Shown in pieces: positions 27,412-40,300 of a stretch of DNA of 64,000 bases. The notes below the pieces were generated by a model, which saw only the letters and a program-made list of their open reading frames with translations, had not been told where the DNA came from and made no database searches. Numbering within the stretch: position 1 is the stretch's first letter; every line of letters starts with the position of its first letter. A program made the position numbers and the translations under genes. This DNA is from Batkoa obscura (taxonomy: Eukaryota): the NCBI GenBank assembly GCA_030770535.1, contig JASVEC010000017.1:372001-436000 (forward strand), written 5' to 3'.

Positions 27412-28470
27412 TTAATTATTGAGCACCACTCTATATCTAACTTTACCATCGCGTACAAGTTGTATACCTTCATTGCATTTATCCATAGGATAATTTTCGA
27501 TCCAAGGATAAACTTTATGCTTTGCTGCAAAATCCAACATCTGACGAATTTCATTTGGAGATCCAATAAGCGAACCACTAAGGCCAATATTTTTCTTTAC
27601 CAAAGTAAATGGACTCAATGTAATATTAGATTCTGGTACTGCTAATAATATGATTTTACCATCAATGTCCATCCAATTAGCAAAGCGGTCCCATTGTGCA
27701 TCATCTCCATTACTAGTAACAACAAGATAATTTAATGTATTTTTAACTTTACTTAATTCTTCCTCATTACTATAAGCAACAAAATGTTTAGCCCCCATCT
27801 TTTTAGCGTCTTCTTCTTTAGAATGCGAATGTGATAAGGCATATACTTCACATCCCAAAGCATTAGCAAATTGAATAGCTAAATGGCCTAAACCCCCAAT
27901 TCCAAGTACACCAACTTTATCACCTGCTTTAAACCCTTGCTGAATCATAGGAGTATATACAGTAGCACCAGCACATAATAGAGGTGCAGCTTTATCCGAA
28001 GGAATACTTTCTGGTATATGAAATACAAAATCTTGTTGAACTCTAATAGCTTCTGCGTAACCACCATAAGTTTTTGAATCGTCTATTGATCTCTTTGAAT
28101 TGTAGGTTTCTCCCATTTCCTCACAATGTGCTTCTCTTTGGCGTTTACAAGCATAACAATCTTCATTTATACAAGAGGAACATTGAGCTCCTACTCCTAC
28201 ACGATCTCCTATTTTAAATCCTTTCACCTCTGGTCCTAAAGATACTATTTCGCCTACAATTTCGTGACCCACGATTACTGGATAATTGGCTGGACCCCAT
28301 CCACTATCCATTACATGAATATCAGTACCACAGATACCACAATGGGTTATCTTAATTTCAATATCGTTGGGTTGAAGTGGAGCTGGATTATAGGTATATT
28401 TTACTAATTTTTCATCTTTTCTATGGCAAGCATAGCCATTGATTTCAGTGTATTTCGCTATGTTGGACAT
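27412..28470 (-). CDS. Zn-dependent NADP alcohol dehydrogenase (CAD/Adh6-like), 352 aa
   Basis: CGICGTDIH, GHE, APLLCAG, GIGGLG motifs; intronless. Confidence 0.93.
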   Translation of the reverse strand: MSNIAKYTEINGYACHRKDEKLVKYTYNPAPLQPNDIEIKITHCGICGTDIHVMDSGWGPANYPVIVGHEIVGEIVSLGPEVKGFKIGDRVGVGAQCSSCINEDCYACKRQREAHCEEMGETYNSKRSIDDSKTYGGYAEAIRVQQDFVFHIPESIPSDKAAPLLCAGATVYTPMIQQGFKAGDKVGVLGIGGLGHLAIQFANALGCEVYALSHSHSKEEDAKKMGAKHFVAYSNEEELSKVKNTLNYLVVTSNGDDAQWDRFANWMDIDGKIILLAVPESNITLSPFTLVKKNIGLSGSLIGSPNEIRQMLDFAAKHKVYPWIENYPMDKCNEGIQLVRDGKVRYRVVLNN

Positions 28471-28676
28471 TTTTTTATAAGATTTTGTTGTTTATTTTTT
28501 GATTATTTATACTATTTGGTTATTGTTATGTTATAGGTCGGTAATTTTATGCATTAGTAATCGTGTTGGCTTCTTAAATTATTTAATAAGCCTTGCTTTA
28601 TGCTTTTTGTATTGTCACCAAAAACTAATTTTTTTCGGTCTTTTGTTTCCCTTAGCTTAAATTTAGTCAAATATTT

Positions 28677-28980
28677 GAGGATGCCTGAATTGGTTTCGGA
28701 ATTTACTTAAATCAATCCAATTTCAAGTTTTAAACTAAATTTGTAAACCTTTAACACGTGATTAGTTAAATTTTTTTGTTTAACTTAAGACTTATTTTAA
28801 TTGTTTCATTCTTTTTGAATGATTAATTTCTTCAATTACATGTTTTGTATTAATTTTATTAAATGTTTAAAATAATTCTATTAAATGTTTAATAGATATA
28901 TAATTTATATATATAGTTGGTTCACTTTATTTTTTATTAAAATAAAAACAAAATGCAAGCTTTTATGATGCCTTCAAAGT
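28677..28980 (+). mobile_element. Old 5' arm of the Sola-like element (TIR to ORF start), lacking the solo-LTR insertion
   Basis: Starts GAGGATGCCTGAATTGGTTTC; contains AAAATAAAAACAAAATGCAAGCTTTT (MQAF start at 28953) as in copies at 52423 and 62551. Confidence 0.7.
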
Positions 28981-30575
28981 TTGTAAAAGAATCTACGTTT
29001 AAATTACTTTTGTAATACAACAAAATCCAATTTAAAGACACCAAATATCATTTTGTTCAAGTCAACACAAAATCTTCATAAAGCTATTGGCCTCGATTTG
29101 ATGCCAATTATCATTTGGAAAAAGAAATTTAAAATAGTAATCTTTGAACGATTATCAACAAAATTAAAACAACTTTCACAGATAAATTAAGTAAATTTAA
29201 ACACATCAAGGAACTCAATTTCGACAAATTCTTGAATTAAATAAACATTAGTAAGTTTTTGTTGCTATGCAAGGTTGCTATTTCAAATCTTTCTTTCCAA
29301 ATGAGTATTAGTATCACCTCAAGAATAATGACTTTACAAAGACTTTATATAACTACGTTTAATATAAAACTCATCCTATCTTTAATTAAAAGTTTTTGTT
29401 TGAAAATAAAATGAGCGTCTAAATTGGAATTGATATTTAAAGACGAAATGATTTTATATCAAACACAGTTCAGTTATACTAAAGCTAGTTTTTTATTAAA
29501 TTCTGAACTGAGGAATATTGAATATCAGAGAAAAGTTGAAGTTTAATTTCAACTCATCTAACTACTAACTTCAATATATAAAAATAAGTTATTTTTAGAT
29601 AAATAATAAATAACAAAGTGTATTAAAAATAAAGTTGAACTTTTTTATAAGCCACTAATTTTATTTACAATTTTAATAATCAGTAATTAATTCTTTTTTA
29701 TTTTATCAAAGGTAATAACTTCAGGAGCCTCTAAATTAATATTGTATTTAATTTGAAATATAGCATTAGAAGTAGTTAATGCATTGAAATTAGTTAATTA
29801 ATGATTGTATAGTTATAAATAAAATAAAATAAAATAAACAAGAATAATAAATCAAATATATCATTTTTTATTACTTTTTATACACTTTTATTACATTTGA
29901 GTGACTTCATTTTATAATAAAAAAGTTTTTAAAAGTTTTAATTGATCTGTCTATAATCATCTTAATCAACCTAAATCAAATAACTCTTTGTTAATGTACA
30001 AACTTAAACTTCATTTTATTAACTTACTCCAATTGATAAATTCTTGGCAATAAATAAAAAAATTAATTAGTGGATCTTGATGAGCTCACCCCTATTTCCA
30101 CGAATAAAAAGCATAAAATATTGAATTTCTTTAGTATCGCTTTGATTAGTTTCATAAATAAATTGAAAGAAAAAAGAAATTAGATATTAAATAATTTAAA
30201 TAAATTATATAATTATAGTAAAAAAACAATTAAAATATTAACATCAACTCAATGACTAGATTAACTTTCAATTTCAATCATTCTTTGGAGTAACAGATTG
30301 TAATGATGATTTTACTAATTTTAGAAATGAGTAGTTAACTTTTTAAATATTCAAATTTAATAAAGACACCGTTTTTAACCGTTATAAAAAATTATAAATA
30401 AGTGTGAACTGACTCTAAAATTTCGTTTCAGAAACTTTAGGAAAAAAACATCAAACCTGAAATAACTTTAATAAGCTGGTTCCCTTACTAAATTTTATCC
30501 GTTCCTTATATTTTCCTTTACATTTAATCTTTTACTTTTTATTTCTTGTTATTTTTATAATTCAATATCAACATC

Positions 30576-32135
30576 ATGCACCTAAACTCACTGCAATCTC
30601 TATTATTTTTATATCTGTTAGCCCATATAACCTCAGTGACTTTAATAGATGATGATGGGGACATTATATCACCCAATATTCAAGCTATTGAAGATTTATT
30701 AATGAATATAAAGCCAACAATTGAACCAACAAAAACAATATATATAAGTTACCCATCACCAACCCAAACTCAAAACAATCGAGTTTTAAAACAAGAAGAA
30801 GATGCACTTGTAATTACTTCAAAAGCTACAATATCAAGTAAAACTTCAACTAATACAACTAAAGTGGAGGGTAGTAAAGGACATAGTCATAATAAAGATG
30901 GAAATAAAGAATCTGAAAATAGTGAAGAAGCTGAGAATATACGCTCCAAAGATCCAATTGGTGCATCAACTATGTTTGTAGTTGGCTTAATTACTACATC
31001 ATTAAATTTTGTGGCTTGTGGTTATTTATTATATTTAGTTAATAAATTAAGAAAGCGAGTAGGCTTCCATTCTAGTTTAAGAATATTAACTTATTCAGTA
31101 CTTAATGATATACTAGTGGGTGGATTCTTTACGTTTTCAATTGTTTATTCTACTTTATTCGATACTCTAGTTTCTGGAAATTCATGTCAATTTATTGGAT
31201 TTATTATTAATACTTTAGAAGCAACAGATATGTTATTAATTGGGTTTATTGCTATTTCAACTGCTTTAAAAGCAACTAAAGGCTATGAATTAAAAACAGG
31301 GAAATATGATTGGTTCCTTTTATTTATTATTATTGGTTTTCCACTCATTGCTACTACTATATTAGCTCAATTCCATGCATTTGGACCAGAAGAGTTTTGG
31401 TGTTTAATTGATGATGAAACATTAGCAGGGAAGATAAGTACAATAGCATTATTATTTTTGTATTTAGTAATAGCTATTTTAATATTGGGAGGTTATATAT
31501 TAGTACGTACTCATAAACATGATTATCATAATAATAAGAATCATTCGGCAGAAACATTAAGTACATTGGAAAGTGAAATGCTAAAAGATTCAAGTTTAAA
31601 TAAGAAATTTTATCATCAAATTTATCGTAAATCAATAATGACTTTAGATTATGCTGAAATTAAATTAGAAACTCATTTATTAATTCATTTTTTTCAATAT
31701 ACTCCACCAACAATTCATTTACTTTTAATGTTATTTGATTATAGAGAAAGCTGGGTATTTACATTAGCTATTTTATCAACTAATTTAAGTGGAGTATTTC
31801 AACTTATTGCTTATCTTCATCATCAAAAAAAGAAAAAATTACAATTTAAAGAATTACATAAAAATACATTAAAAAAATTAAAGTCTTCTGAAAGACATGG
31901 TATTTTAACTAAGTTTGAACTGACTGAATCAGTTTCTCCAAAAGGTGATAATGTTAAATTAAGAAATGCCTCTCATTTTGAACCTTCTCCAATTAAAGAT
32001 GGATCCCACTCAACTATTAGCTTTGCTTTACCTAATTTAAAGTATGAAGATAACGCTTCATTGTATTCAAATCAAACTTTATTGTCCATGATTTCTCCTC
32101 CTAAAAGTAGTTACGATAAAAAAGACTTAAAATGA
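30576..32135 (+). CDS. 7TM GPCR-like protein with signal peptide and S/T-rich ectodomain
   Basis: 519-aa ORF; N-terminal hydrophobic leader, seven hydrophobic segments, C.F.GF, YDW.L and FGP..FWC motifs. Confidence 0.8.
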   Translation: MHLNSLQSLLFLYLLAHITSVTLIDDDGDIISPNIQAIEDLLMNIKPTIEPTKTIYISYPSPTQTQNNRVLKQEEDALVITSKATISSKTSTNTTKVEGSKGHSHNKDGNKESENSEEAENIRSKDPIGASTMFVVGLITTSLNFVACGYLLYLVNKLRKRVGFHSSLRILTYSVLNDILVGGFFTFSIVYSTLFDTLVSGNSCQFIGFIINTLEATDMLLIGFIAISTALKATKGYELKTGKYDWFLLFIIIGFPLIATTILAQFHAFGPEEFWCLIDDETLAGKISTIALLFLYLVIAILILGGYILVRTHKHDYHNNKNHSAETLSTLESEMLKDSSLNKKFYHQIYRKSIMTLDYAEIKLETHLLIHFFQYTPPTIHLLLMLFDYRESWVFTLAILSTNLSGVFQLIAYLHHQKKKKLQFKELHKNTLKKLKSSERHGILTKFELTESVSPKGDNVKLRNASHFEPSPIKDGSHSTISFALPNLKYEDNASLYSNQTLLSMISPPKSSYDKKDLK

Positions 32136-32403
32136 GAAGATAATGAATTGGAATAATAAGCAACATCTTATTGTTATTCGTATTTTTGCAATCGCTTTTT
32201 AATAAATTTATTTATTTATTTTTATTATTTATTATTATTTATTATTATAAATTATAGAATACCTGATGATGAAATAAACTATTTCCATAATTTTACAAAA
32301 TAATAAAAAAGTGAAATTGACAGTGAAAATATTAGTATAATTATTTTATTTTTTACAATGAAAAATAAAGACAAATGCAAATAATTTCAATTTAATACTA
32401 TTT

Positions 32404-32501
32404 GGGGGTATATTTTTTTGTTTAAGAATTTTACTAACAATCTTTCTGCTCAAATAGCGCTTAAAAAATGGAAAAAACAATGAAGCCAAAAAAGCACCCT
32501 C
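32404..32501 (+). mobile_element. ~98-bp MITE
   Basis: Family consensus. Confidence 0.85.
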
Positions 32502-32735
32502 ATATAATCCTTTTGTCAAAATATCTCTAACCTCTGCCAAATTTTTAAAAAAAGCATATTTATGTTTTTATTTTATGCAATAAAAATTTAATAGTTAAGT
32601 TTGGTATTCTAACACTAAAATCCAAGTTTTTATTTAAGCATAAAAATCGAGGCTTATAGTTTAAAAATAATAAATCAACTAAATTATTATGAAATACTCT
32701 CTTTTATTTATTTATTTACATATTTATAATCCATC

Positions 32736-34415
32736 ATGACGTTTATTTATTTATTATTGCTACTATTGTTATTTATTGTAATAACTTGCCAATCGATAAT
32801 AGAATCCTCTTCAATACTATACAATCAAAATATAATAACAATAGCAGCCAATTCATCTACCGACATTAACACCAACACTAACACTAACAATGGTCAATCC
32901 GTCTATAGTTATAATTTAACTCAACCTCATTTATTAACAAACAAAACATTAACTAAAATTAACAATTTGCCCTTATCATCAACAACATACACTAAATTAT
33001 TTATCGTTTGTCAACAAGATCAATCTACTATCTACGTATATCAACAACCTAAATTACAATATCTACTTCCAGTCAACACAACAATGTCCAGTTTTTATAT
33101 ATTGAATCCAGCCAATTCAACCTTACTTCCCAGTCCAGGAATTAATAATAATAGCCCAACACAACGAAGTGGTAGTAGTATAATAATAACCAAAGATAAT
33201 CAATTATATTTATTTGGTGGTTATATTAAACATCCCAATTATTCTCAATTATTATTAACAAGACAATTTTATCATTTTAATTTTACTAGCAATCAATGGA
33301 TAGATTTGACTTATACAACAGATGAAGCAAAAATACCTCCATCTGCCTATCATACAGCTACATTAATAGAAGATCGATATATGGTTATACTGGGAGGCTC
33401 TATTAATTTATTAAATGAAGATGGAAGAATATTATATAATAACAATATAACAAATGAATTAAATAAACCCTTTAATTTAATTTATTTATTTGATATTCAA
33501 TTATTGACTTGGAAAAAAATTATTATTAATAACGCCCCTACGGAAGCTAGAATTGGTCATACAACTACTTATTTTAAAAACAAAAAACAACTCATTATTT
33601 ACGGTGGATTAAGTAATTGTAATAGTACTTTACAGTTAACTTCCGATTTATATTTACTCAATTTAACTTCCTGGCAAATGGAATCTCATCCAATCCTCAA
33701 TTATGATAATACTCTATCTAATTTAAAATTAGCTTTTCATTCCGCTTTATTAATCCAAAATAATTATTTTTTATTCTTTGGTCAAAGAGATAGCAATCAA
33801 CATTATATAAAAGATTTTTATGTTATTAATACAGATAATTGGCAACATACTACTACTATTAATAGTACATTACCAATAAAATCTTCTCATATGAGAACTG
33901 GTGTTACTCAATCAAACAACAATAATGATAATACAAAAGAATTATTATCTTCTAAAGATAAGCTAGTCTTAGCTATAGTAATGGGAATTATAGGTGGTAT
34001 ATTACTCTCGGGTTTACTACTTCTCATCTTCAATTATTATAAAAAAAATCGAATCACTTCCCCCAACTTAGGTCAAATAAGTTTCCTTCAATTACCACCT
34101 GATTCCAATTCTTCATTCCCTAATCTACAATTCAATCATTCCCAGTCCAATTTATGGGATTTAGACTCTCAATACGCTTATTCTACTTATTTAAATCATA
34201 CTTTACTTAATTTTAATACTTTGGGGTTTAAAGGAGAGAGTTGGCAAAGGGAAGAGGAAAGGGAAAATACATTAGTTAATGGTAGAAGATGGTCATTAGA
34301 TGAAGTGAATATTTTTAGGTTAAAAAGATGTAGTGAAATTATAACGGAAAGATATGAAGAAATTAGTTTAATGGATGAATTGGATGAGACGAAGGTAATG
34401 GGACAGGAGAAGTAG
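32736..34415 (+). CDS. Kelch-repeat type I membrane protein
   Basis: Signal peptide; repeats LYLFGG, MVILGG, RIGHT..LIIYGG, AFHSA..FFG with downstream W; single TM LVLAIVMGIIGGILLSGLLLLIF followed by YYKK. Confidence 0.8.
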   Translation: MTFIYLLLLLLLFIVITCQSIIESSSILYNQNIITIAANSSTDINTNTNTNNGQSVYSYNLTQPHLLTNKTLTKINNLPLSSTTYTKLFIVCQQDQSTIYVYQQPKLQYLLPVNTTMSSFYILNPANSTLLPSPGINNNSPTQRSGSSIIITKDNQLYLFGGYIKHPNYSQLLLTRQFYHFNFTSNQWIDLTYTTDEAKIPPSAYHTATLIEDRYMVILGGSINLLNEDGRILYNNNITNELNKPFNLIYLFDIQLLTWKKIIINNAPTEARIGHTTTYFKNKKQLIIYGGLSNCNSTLQLTSDLYLLNLTSWQMESHPILNYDNTLSNLKLAFHSALLIQNNYFLFFGQRDSNQHYIKDFYVINTDNWQHTTTINSTLPIKSSHMRTGVTQSNNNNDNTKELLSSKDKLVLAIVMGIIGGILLSGLLLLIFNYYKKNRITSPNLGQISFLQLPPDSNSSFPNLQFNHSQSNLWDLDSQYAYSTYLNHTLLNFNTLGFKGESWQREEERENTLVNGRRWSLDEVNIFRLKRCSEIITERYEEISLMDELDETKVMGQEK

Positions 34416-34854
34416 AATTTCAAGTTCTGCGGTTTTTGTGGTTTTAATTTGCTATAATTTATTTCTGTTTTGTTTTTTGGTTTTGATGAAATAAAAAAAG
34501 TTGAAAATTTTTAGAATTTTTTGGGCAAGGAAACTATCAACTGCTTTTTTTACTATTATTACTGTACAATAAGTAAAGTAAATTATATCTATTATATAAA
34601 TGAATACAAATAACACTAAGAATAAGAGGTTTATTTATTAAACAAAAAATAGTAAATACTGATATTCTAATTGAAAAAATGCAGCACTTATAAAAAGTCA
34701 ATAATAACTTATTCATCAAAAAATGAATTTTCAGTTAAACACAAAAAATCACGTAAACTAGCAAATTTTGTTTAAAATAAAATACCCCAACTTTCGCATT
34801 TAAAAACCTAACTTTCTTATATTTTTTATATTTTAACTTCAATTTAGATAAACG

Positions 34855-36696
34855 ATGCCCTCCAGTAACAATCCAGTAGATAATAATGACAATGAATCTG
34901 ATGCTTTATTAAACCCACCACCTTATGATCCTACACCATCAACAAATATAAGCTACGGTGCCACTCTTAACAGCAGCAAACCACGTTTAAGTAGCTATTT
35001 AGAATCTGGTTCTTACCGCTCTAATCGATCCAGTGGAGTATTAAGTGGACGTAGGGGAAGTCAACATAGTATCTCATCCGATATATTAAAGCCTACCATC
35101 TATGATAGTATCAATCAACATCTAGGTCAAAATCCAACCGTAATTCCATCCTACTCGGGATACACAAGTTCCGAGATTGGACTTGGAATCAATAATATTA
35201 TTGATATTGCAGAAAGCGCACCATTCATGGATATTGAACCGTCAGATATAACTTTTAAAAGGGTAGTTAATGAGTCTTATTTATTATCTAAATTAGCTAT
35301 ACCAATTGTTATCAGTTATGTTTTACAAAATATCATTCCATTAGCTTCAGTTTATTCGTTAGGTCATTTGGTAAGCTTTTATTATTATCATATGTTGTTT
35401 TTTATATGTTTTTTTATATAAAAGGGTCCTACAGAATTAGCTGCCTCCGCATTGAGTAATATGTTTGCTTCTGTTACTGGTTGGTCTGTAGCAATGGGTA
35501 TGGCTACAGCTTTAGATACATTATGTTCTCAAGCTTTTACAGGGGCAAGAAACTTACATATAGTAGGTATCTATTTACAAAGAGGAATATTAATCTCATT
35601 AACTCTCCTCATTCCCGTATCCTTCTTATGGTTATATGCAGAGAATATATTATTATTATTAAAACAAGATCCAGAGTTAGCTTATTATTGTGGTCGATAT
35701 TTAAAGATCCTATTATTAGGAGCACCCCCATATATTGTTTTTGAATGTTTAAAGAAATTCTTGCAAGCTCAAGATATTATGACAGCTGCTACTTATATTC
35801 TCTTCTCTGTTATTCCAATCAATGTAGTATTAAATTTTTTATTAGTGTTTTATGAACCAACTAGATTAGGTTTTGATGGTGCACCTTTAACTGTTGCATT
35901 AACTAATTGGTGTATGATGATCTTTGCTATTATTTATATAAGATTATTTAAAGGTTATCAAGCATGGGGTGGATGGACAAAAGAAAGTTTAGATGGTTGG
36001 TATGAATTTTTAAAATTAGGAATTCCTGGAATTATTATGGTATGTGCTGAATGGTGGGCATTTGAGGTTATGGGGTTAGCAGCTTCCTATTTAGGAAAAG
36101 CACCCCTCGCAGCACATGCAGTCTCATTAACTACATGTAATTTATTTTATATGGTACCTTTAGGATTAAGTATAGCAGCTTCCAATCGAATGGGTAATCT
36201 TCTTGGAGATGCAACTAGTAATCGAGCTAAGTTATGTGGTTTAGCAGCTTTATTATTAGCATTACTATTTTCCATGATTAATTCTACTATCTTAGTTGTT
36301 TTCAGAGATTTCTGGGGTTATTTATTTACGGATGATGAATCAGTAGCTTTATTAGCTAAATCTATACTTCCAATTGCTGCTTTATTTCAAGTGTTTGATG
36401 GGTTAAGTGGTGTATCTGGTGGTTTATTAAGAGGACAAGGAAGACAAAAATTGGGTGCAATTGTTAATGTTATTGCTTATTATGGTTTATCATTACCCAT
36501 TGGATTTTATTTAGCTTTTGGTTTAGATTGGGGTGTTTATGGTTTATGGTGGGGATTAGCTATTGCTTTATTTTTATGTGCTTTAACTTTAGTATCTGCT
36601 ATTTTATATACTGATTGGGAAGAGGAGGTTTTTAATTGTCAAGAAAGATTAAGGCAAGAGGAAATGGACAGAATGAATGGACCAGAAATTGTTTAG
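34855..36696 (+). CDS. MATE family efflux transporter; exons 34855-35370, 35425-36696 (595 aa)
   Basis: GHL|G..ELAA..L, ALDTLCSQAF.G, EWWAFE, LRGQGRQ..GA motifs; 54-nt intron. Confidence 0.93.
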
Positions 36697-38342
36697 ATAA
36701 TGGAACGATTTTATTCTATATTATATGTTCGATTTTGTATTTCGATGTTTAAGGAAGTGTGCGGACAATAATGATTGCTTTTTTTAGTAAATAAATAAAG
36801 GTTAGGTTGATGAATTTAGTTTAAGGAATAGTTTTTTAGTATTAGTTTATTAATATGTTATTAAATAAAAGGTATACATTTTTACTAGAATATTACTTTA
36901 TCAATATTAGATTAAATCATTTTGTTTTTTAAATTCATTTAACTATTACTCCGTTCATATACCTGATTAAGAATCAATTAGTTTTTAAAAAATAACAATG
37001 TATTGTATTCTTTATAATTGATAATAATAGATAAATAGTTAATAGATCAAAGTATAAATCAATATATGGGGGTGTTTTTTTTGGTTTCATTATTATACTT
37101 TTCAATATTATTTTATAACTGTTTATATTCTGAAATGTGTGATGTCTATTTCAGTTTTATTTGTTTGTTTGTCCACTTTTTACATAGTAAAAAATTAAAT
37201 AATTTACAAAATTCTTCAAAACGCCCACATTAATCTCAGTTCTATTTAGTTTAATAACCAAAAAGATAATATTAAAACAATAAAATAAAATAAATGTAAG
37301 CTAAATAAACTCGAAGTAAATGCTTAAACTCTTTTAATAAAGATTCACCATTCCTGAATTGTTTTTTTATAATATTGGTTTCTATTAGATAAAATTTAAA
37401 TAATCGAAATAAAACTCATATTTCAGTAGTAAATCATAATGAATCTAGCACTATTATCTCATTACCGACATGTATTAATAATGCATTAATAATACGCTAA
37501 TAATATATCTAAAGTCATTTCAATTATTCAAATAAACCGCTTTTTATTCATCCAATATATATAATAACTTCAACCATCTATCAAAACTTAATAATAAAAA
37601 ATAACATAATTATTCTTATTATAGATAAAAATGCGATAAAGCATGGGCTCATATTATATAAAAGTTTAACTTACTTTTAATTATTATATTATTCTTTAAA
37701 CCCATAGTTTTTATTATTTTTGTTAATAAAATATTTACTTAAATTATAAAATATTGCTTTAATTAATGTTATAGTCTACTATGAATATGAATAAAGGCCT
37801 AGTTTAAAATACAAAAACTAACTTGGAAGTTAACGAGTTCAAACCAAAAAAATAAACCCACTTGAGAGTTGGTTCCTTTAGCGCATTTACACTAGTCATC
37901 CCTTTCAACTTAGCTTTCCCTATTCTTTAAGTGCACATTTTCTTTTATTATTAATAATAATCTAAAGTGACAACCATTTGTCTTAAACACCTGTTTTTAA
38001 ATAAAAATTTACTCCAACTTTTAATAAACTAAATCCTTTAATAATATCTTAATACCCCATACATTATTCATTTAAGCACCACTTAGCATACTATTCTTTA
38101 GAATTATAACAAGCATATTCTTATTCTTACCCTTATAATAATGACAGTTTACTACAAAATTCAATTTTTTATAATTTTATCAAGGTTTTTTAATTAACTT
38201 AAGATAGAGTGATAACATAATCTTTATCACCATTTAAAATACCACCATCAATCATTAATATATTATTCTTTAAATTTGTAATAAAAACCTTCTTAATTTC
38301 AATTATAAAAGAGTAATAATAATATCAATGAATTGACTATAT

Positions 38343-38438
38343 GGGGGTGTTTTTGGTTTCATTATTTTTTTCATTTTTTAAGCGCTATTTCAACGGAAAG
38401 ATTGTTAGTAAAATTCTTAAACACAAAAATACATCCTC
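38343..38438 (-). mobile_element. ~98-bp MITE
   Basis: Family consensus; ATAT TSD. Confidence 0.85.
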
Positions 38439-38587
38439 ATATATTATTTAATTTAGTTTAGTTTACTTAAGTTTTTTCTATTTTCTAAAAAGACTTTATT
38501 TTTTATCCGTTTTTCATTCTTAATCGAATTTACTAGTTTTAGTAAATAGTAGATTAAATATTTTGATTTATTCTTAAATTATAAATA

Positions 38588-38660
38588 GGGGAACTAGCTC
38601 AGATGGTAGAGCGCTCGCTTAGCATGCGAGAGGCACCGGGATCGATGCCCGGGTTCTCCA
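38588..38660 (+). tRNA. tRNA-Ala(AGC)
   Basis: 73-nt cloverleaf; GGGGAAC/GTTCTCC acceptor stem with G3:U70; anticodon arm CTCGC-TTAGCAT-GCGAG; discriminator A. Confidence 0.96.
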
Positions 38661-40300
38661 TTTAATTAATCCGTATACTTTTAAATTTCAATTTGTTACA
38701 CATCTATTTACTACAGCTTCTTTTTTTAGTTTCAAATTACTATTTTTATTAACATTATCAAATCTTTTAATATGAGATTGTTTTTATTAAAGGATATCAA
38801 AACTGTTAATAAATTAAAAAGTCTAAAATATTTTAATGGCATTTGTAATATCCTTTATTGCATTTATTTTTTCAGTGATAAAATCACTTAGTCCTATATT
38901 AATCTTTTAAAAATTTTAAGTATAAATTAAAAGCTATCGAATTGTCAATTCTGTTCAAGCATCTTCCTTCTTAATAGTTTTTAATTAAATATGATAATCA
39001 CCATCCTGAGCGCATAATTTTAAAACTCAATCCAACTTTTATCTAAAGTATGAGTTATAATTAATAGTTATATCCTATCCGCGCACTACCATTATATAAA
39101 GTCTTATTTTCTTTAAAGTATAAATAATATAATAATAATTACAATTAGTTTACTAACTTCATTTATCCAACTAATCTAGATAATTTACATTTTTTTATTT
39201 TTCCAAGGGTTTAAATGTTGATTTAATTCTAAAGGTGCAGCGAGAACCCTTTTAATTTGAATAAATATAAAATAAAAGAATTATAACAATAATTAGTTGA
39301 CTATACTTTATCATTCTGTCTCATCTATTCAATTTAGTTAGTTTACATTAAACTTCTGTTTTTTATAAGGGTCTTTATTATTTTATTAAGTTTTCGTTTA
39401 TTATTATTTTGTCAATTTACTAGTTTTGGTAAGAATTAAACATGGAGTTTTTGTGTGTATTTTTTTAATAGGTTGGAAATCGGAAGTTAATTGAAGAGTC
39501 AAATATTGAATTGGAGAGTTAAGGTAGTTTAGTAAATAAAGCTGAAGTGAGTTTATTATAGTTTAAGTTGTTTTGAGCCTGAGGCTGATGTGATTGTATT
39601 AATGATAGTATTTGATTTTTTTACATAATAATAATAATAACTTTTAGTTAAAAAATAAAGTATAATTAAAATATTTCGCCATTTTGTGGTTTATTTGGTT
39701 ATCAAGAAAATTCAAGAATAAAATAATAAATCAAAATTGTAAACTTTACTACCAAAATTTAAAGAAAGCAAATAGATAGCTTCTTGTAATCTAATGAATT
39801 TATTTCTACTACTCCCTATCTGTTAACCCTCCGTTTCTTACTCCCATTTTATTTTTCCCATTCTCAATAATACAAACACACTTGAGGATTAATTGCACTA
39901 TAAAGCTTTAAAAAAATGGATGAAAAATATAAAATTGAGATAGTTTATAATTTTCTAACATCTTCTTTAAGCTATCAGGAACAATTGAAAATTAGCTTAC
40001 TTAAATTCATTTAACTGATTGAAAGTTAATAATCTCCATAATAAACCTTATTTGATTAACTAAATAATTGACAATTAACAATATATCGAATCCATCATCT
40101 TCATTGGCTGAATTTAATAACAAACACCAAAACCCAAAGAATACAATCTCTAATTTAAAAAATTCAAATATCTCAATTTTTATTCGTACCATGGCACATT
40201 TGACAGTCTTAAATTACGGGTAATCTAAATCAACCACAACAATATGAAAATATTATAAATACTAATCAAATTGATTTAAATTTCCTACTTGATTTCAATA

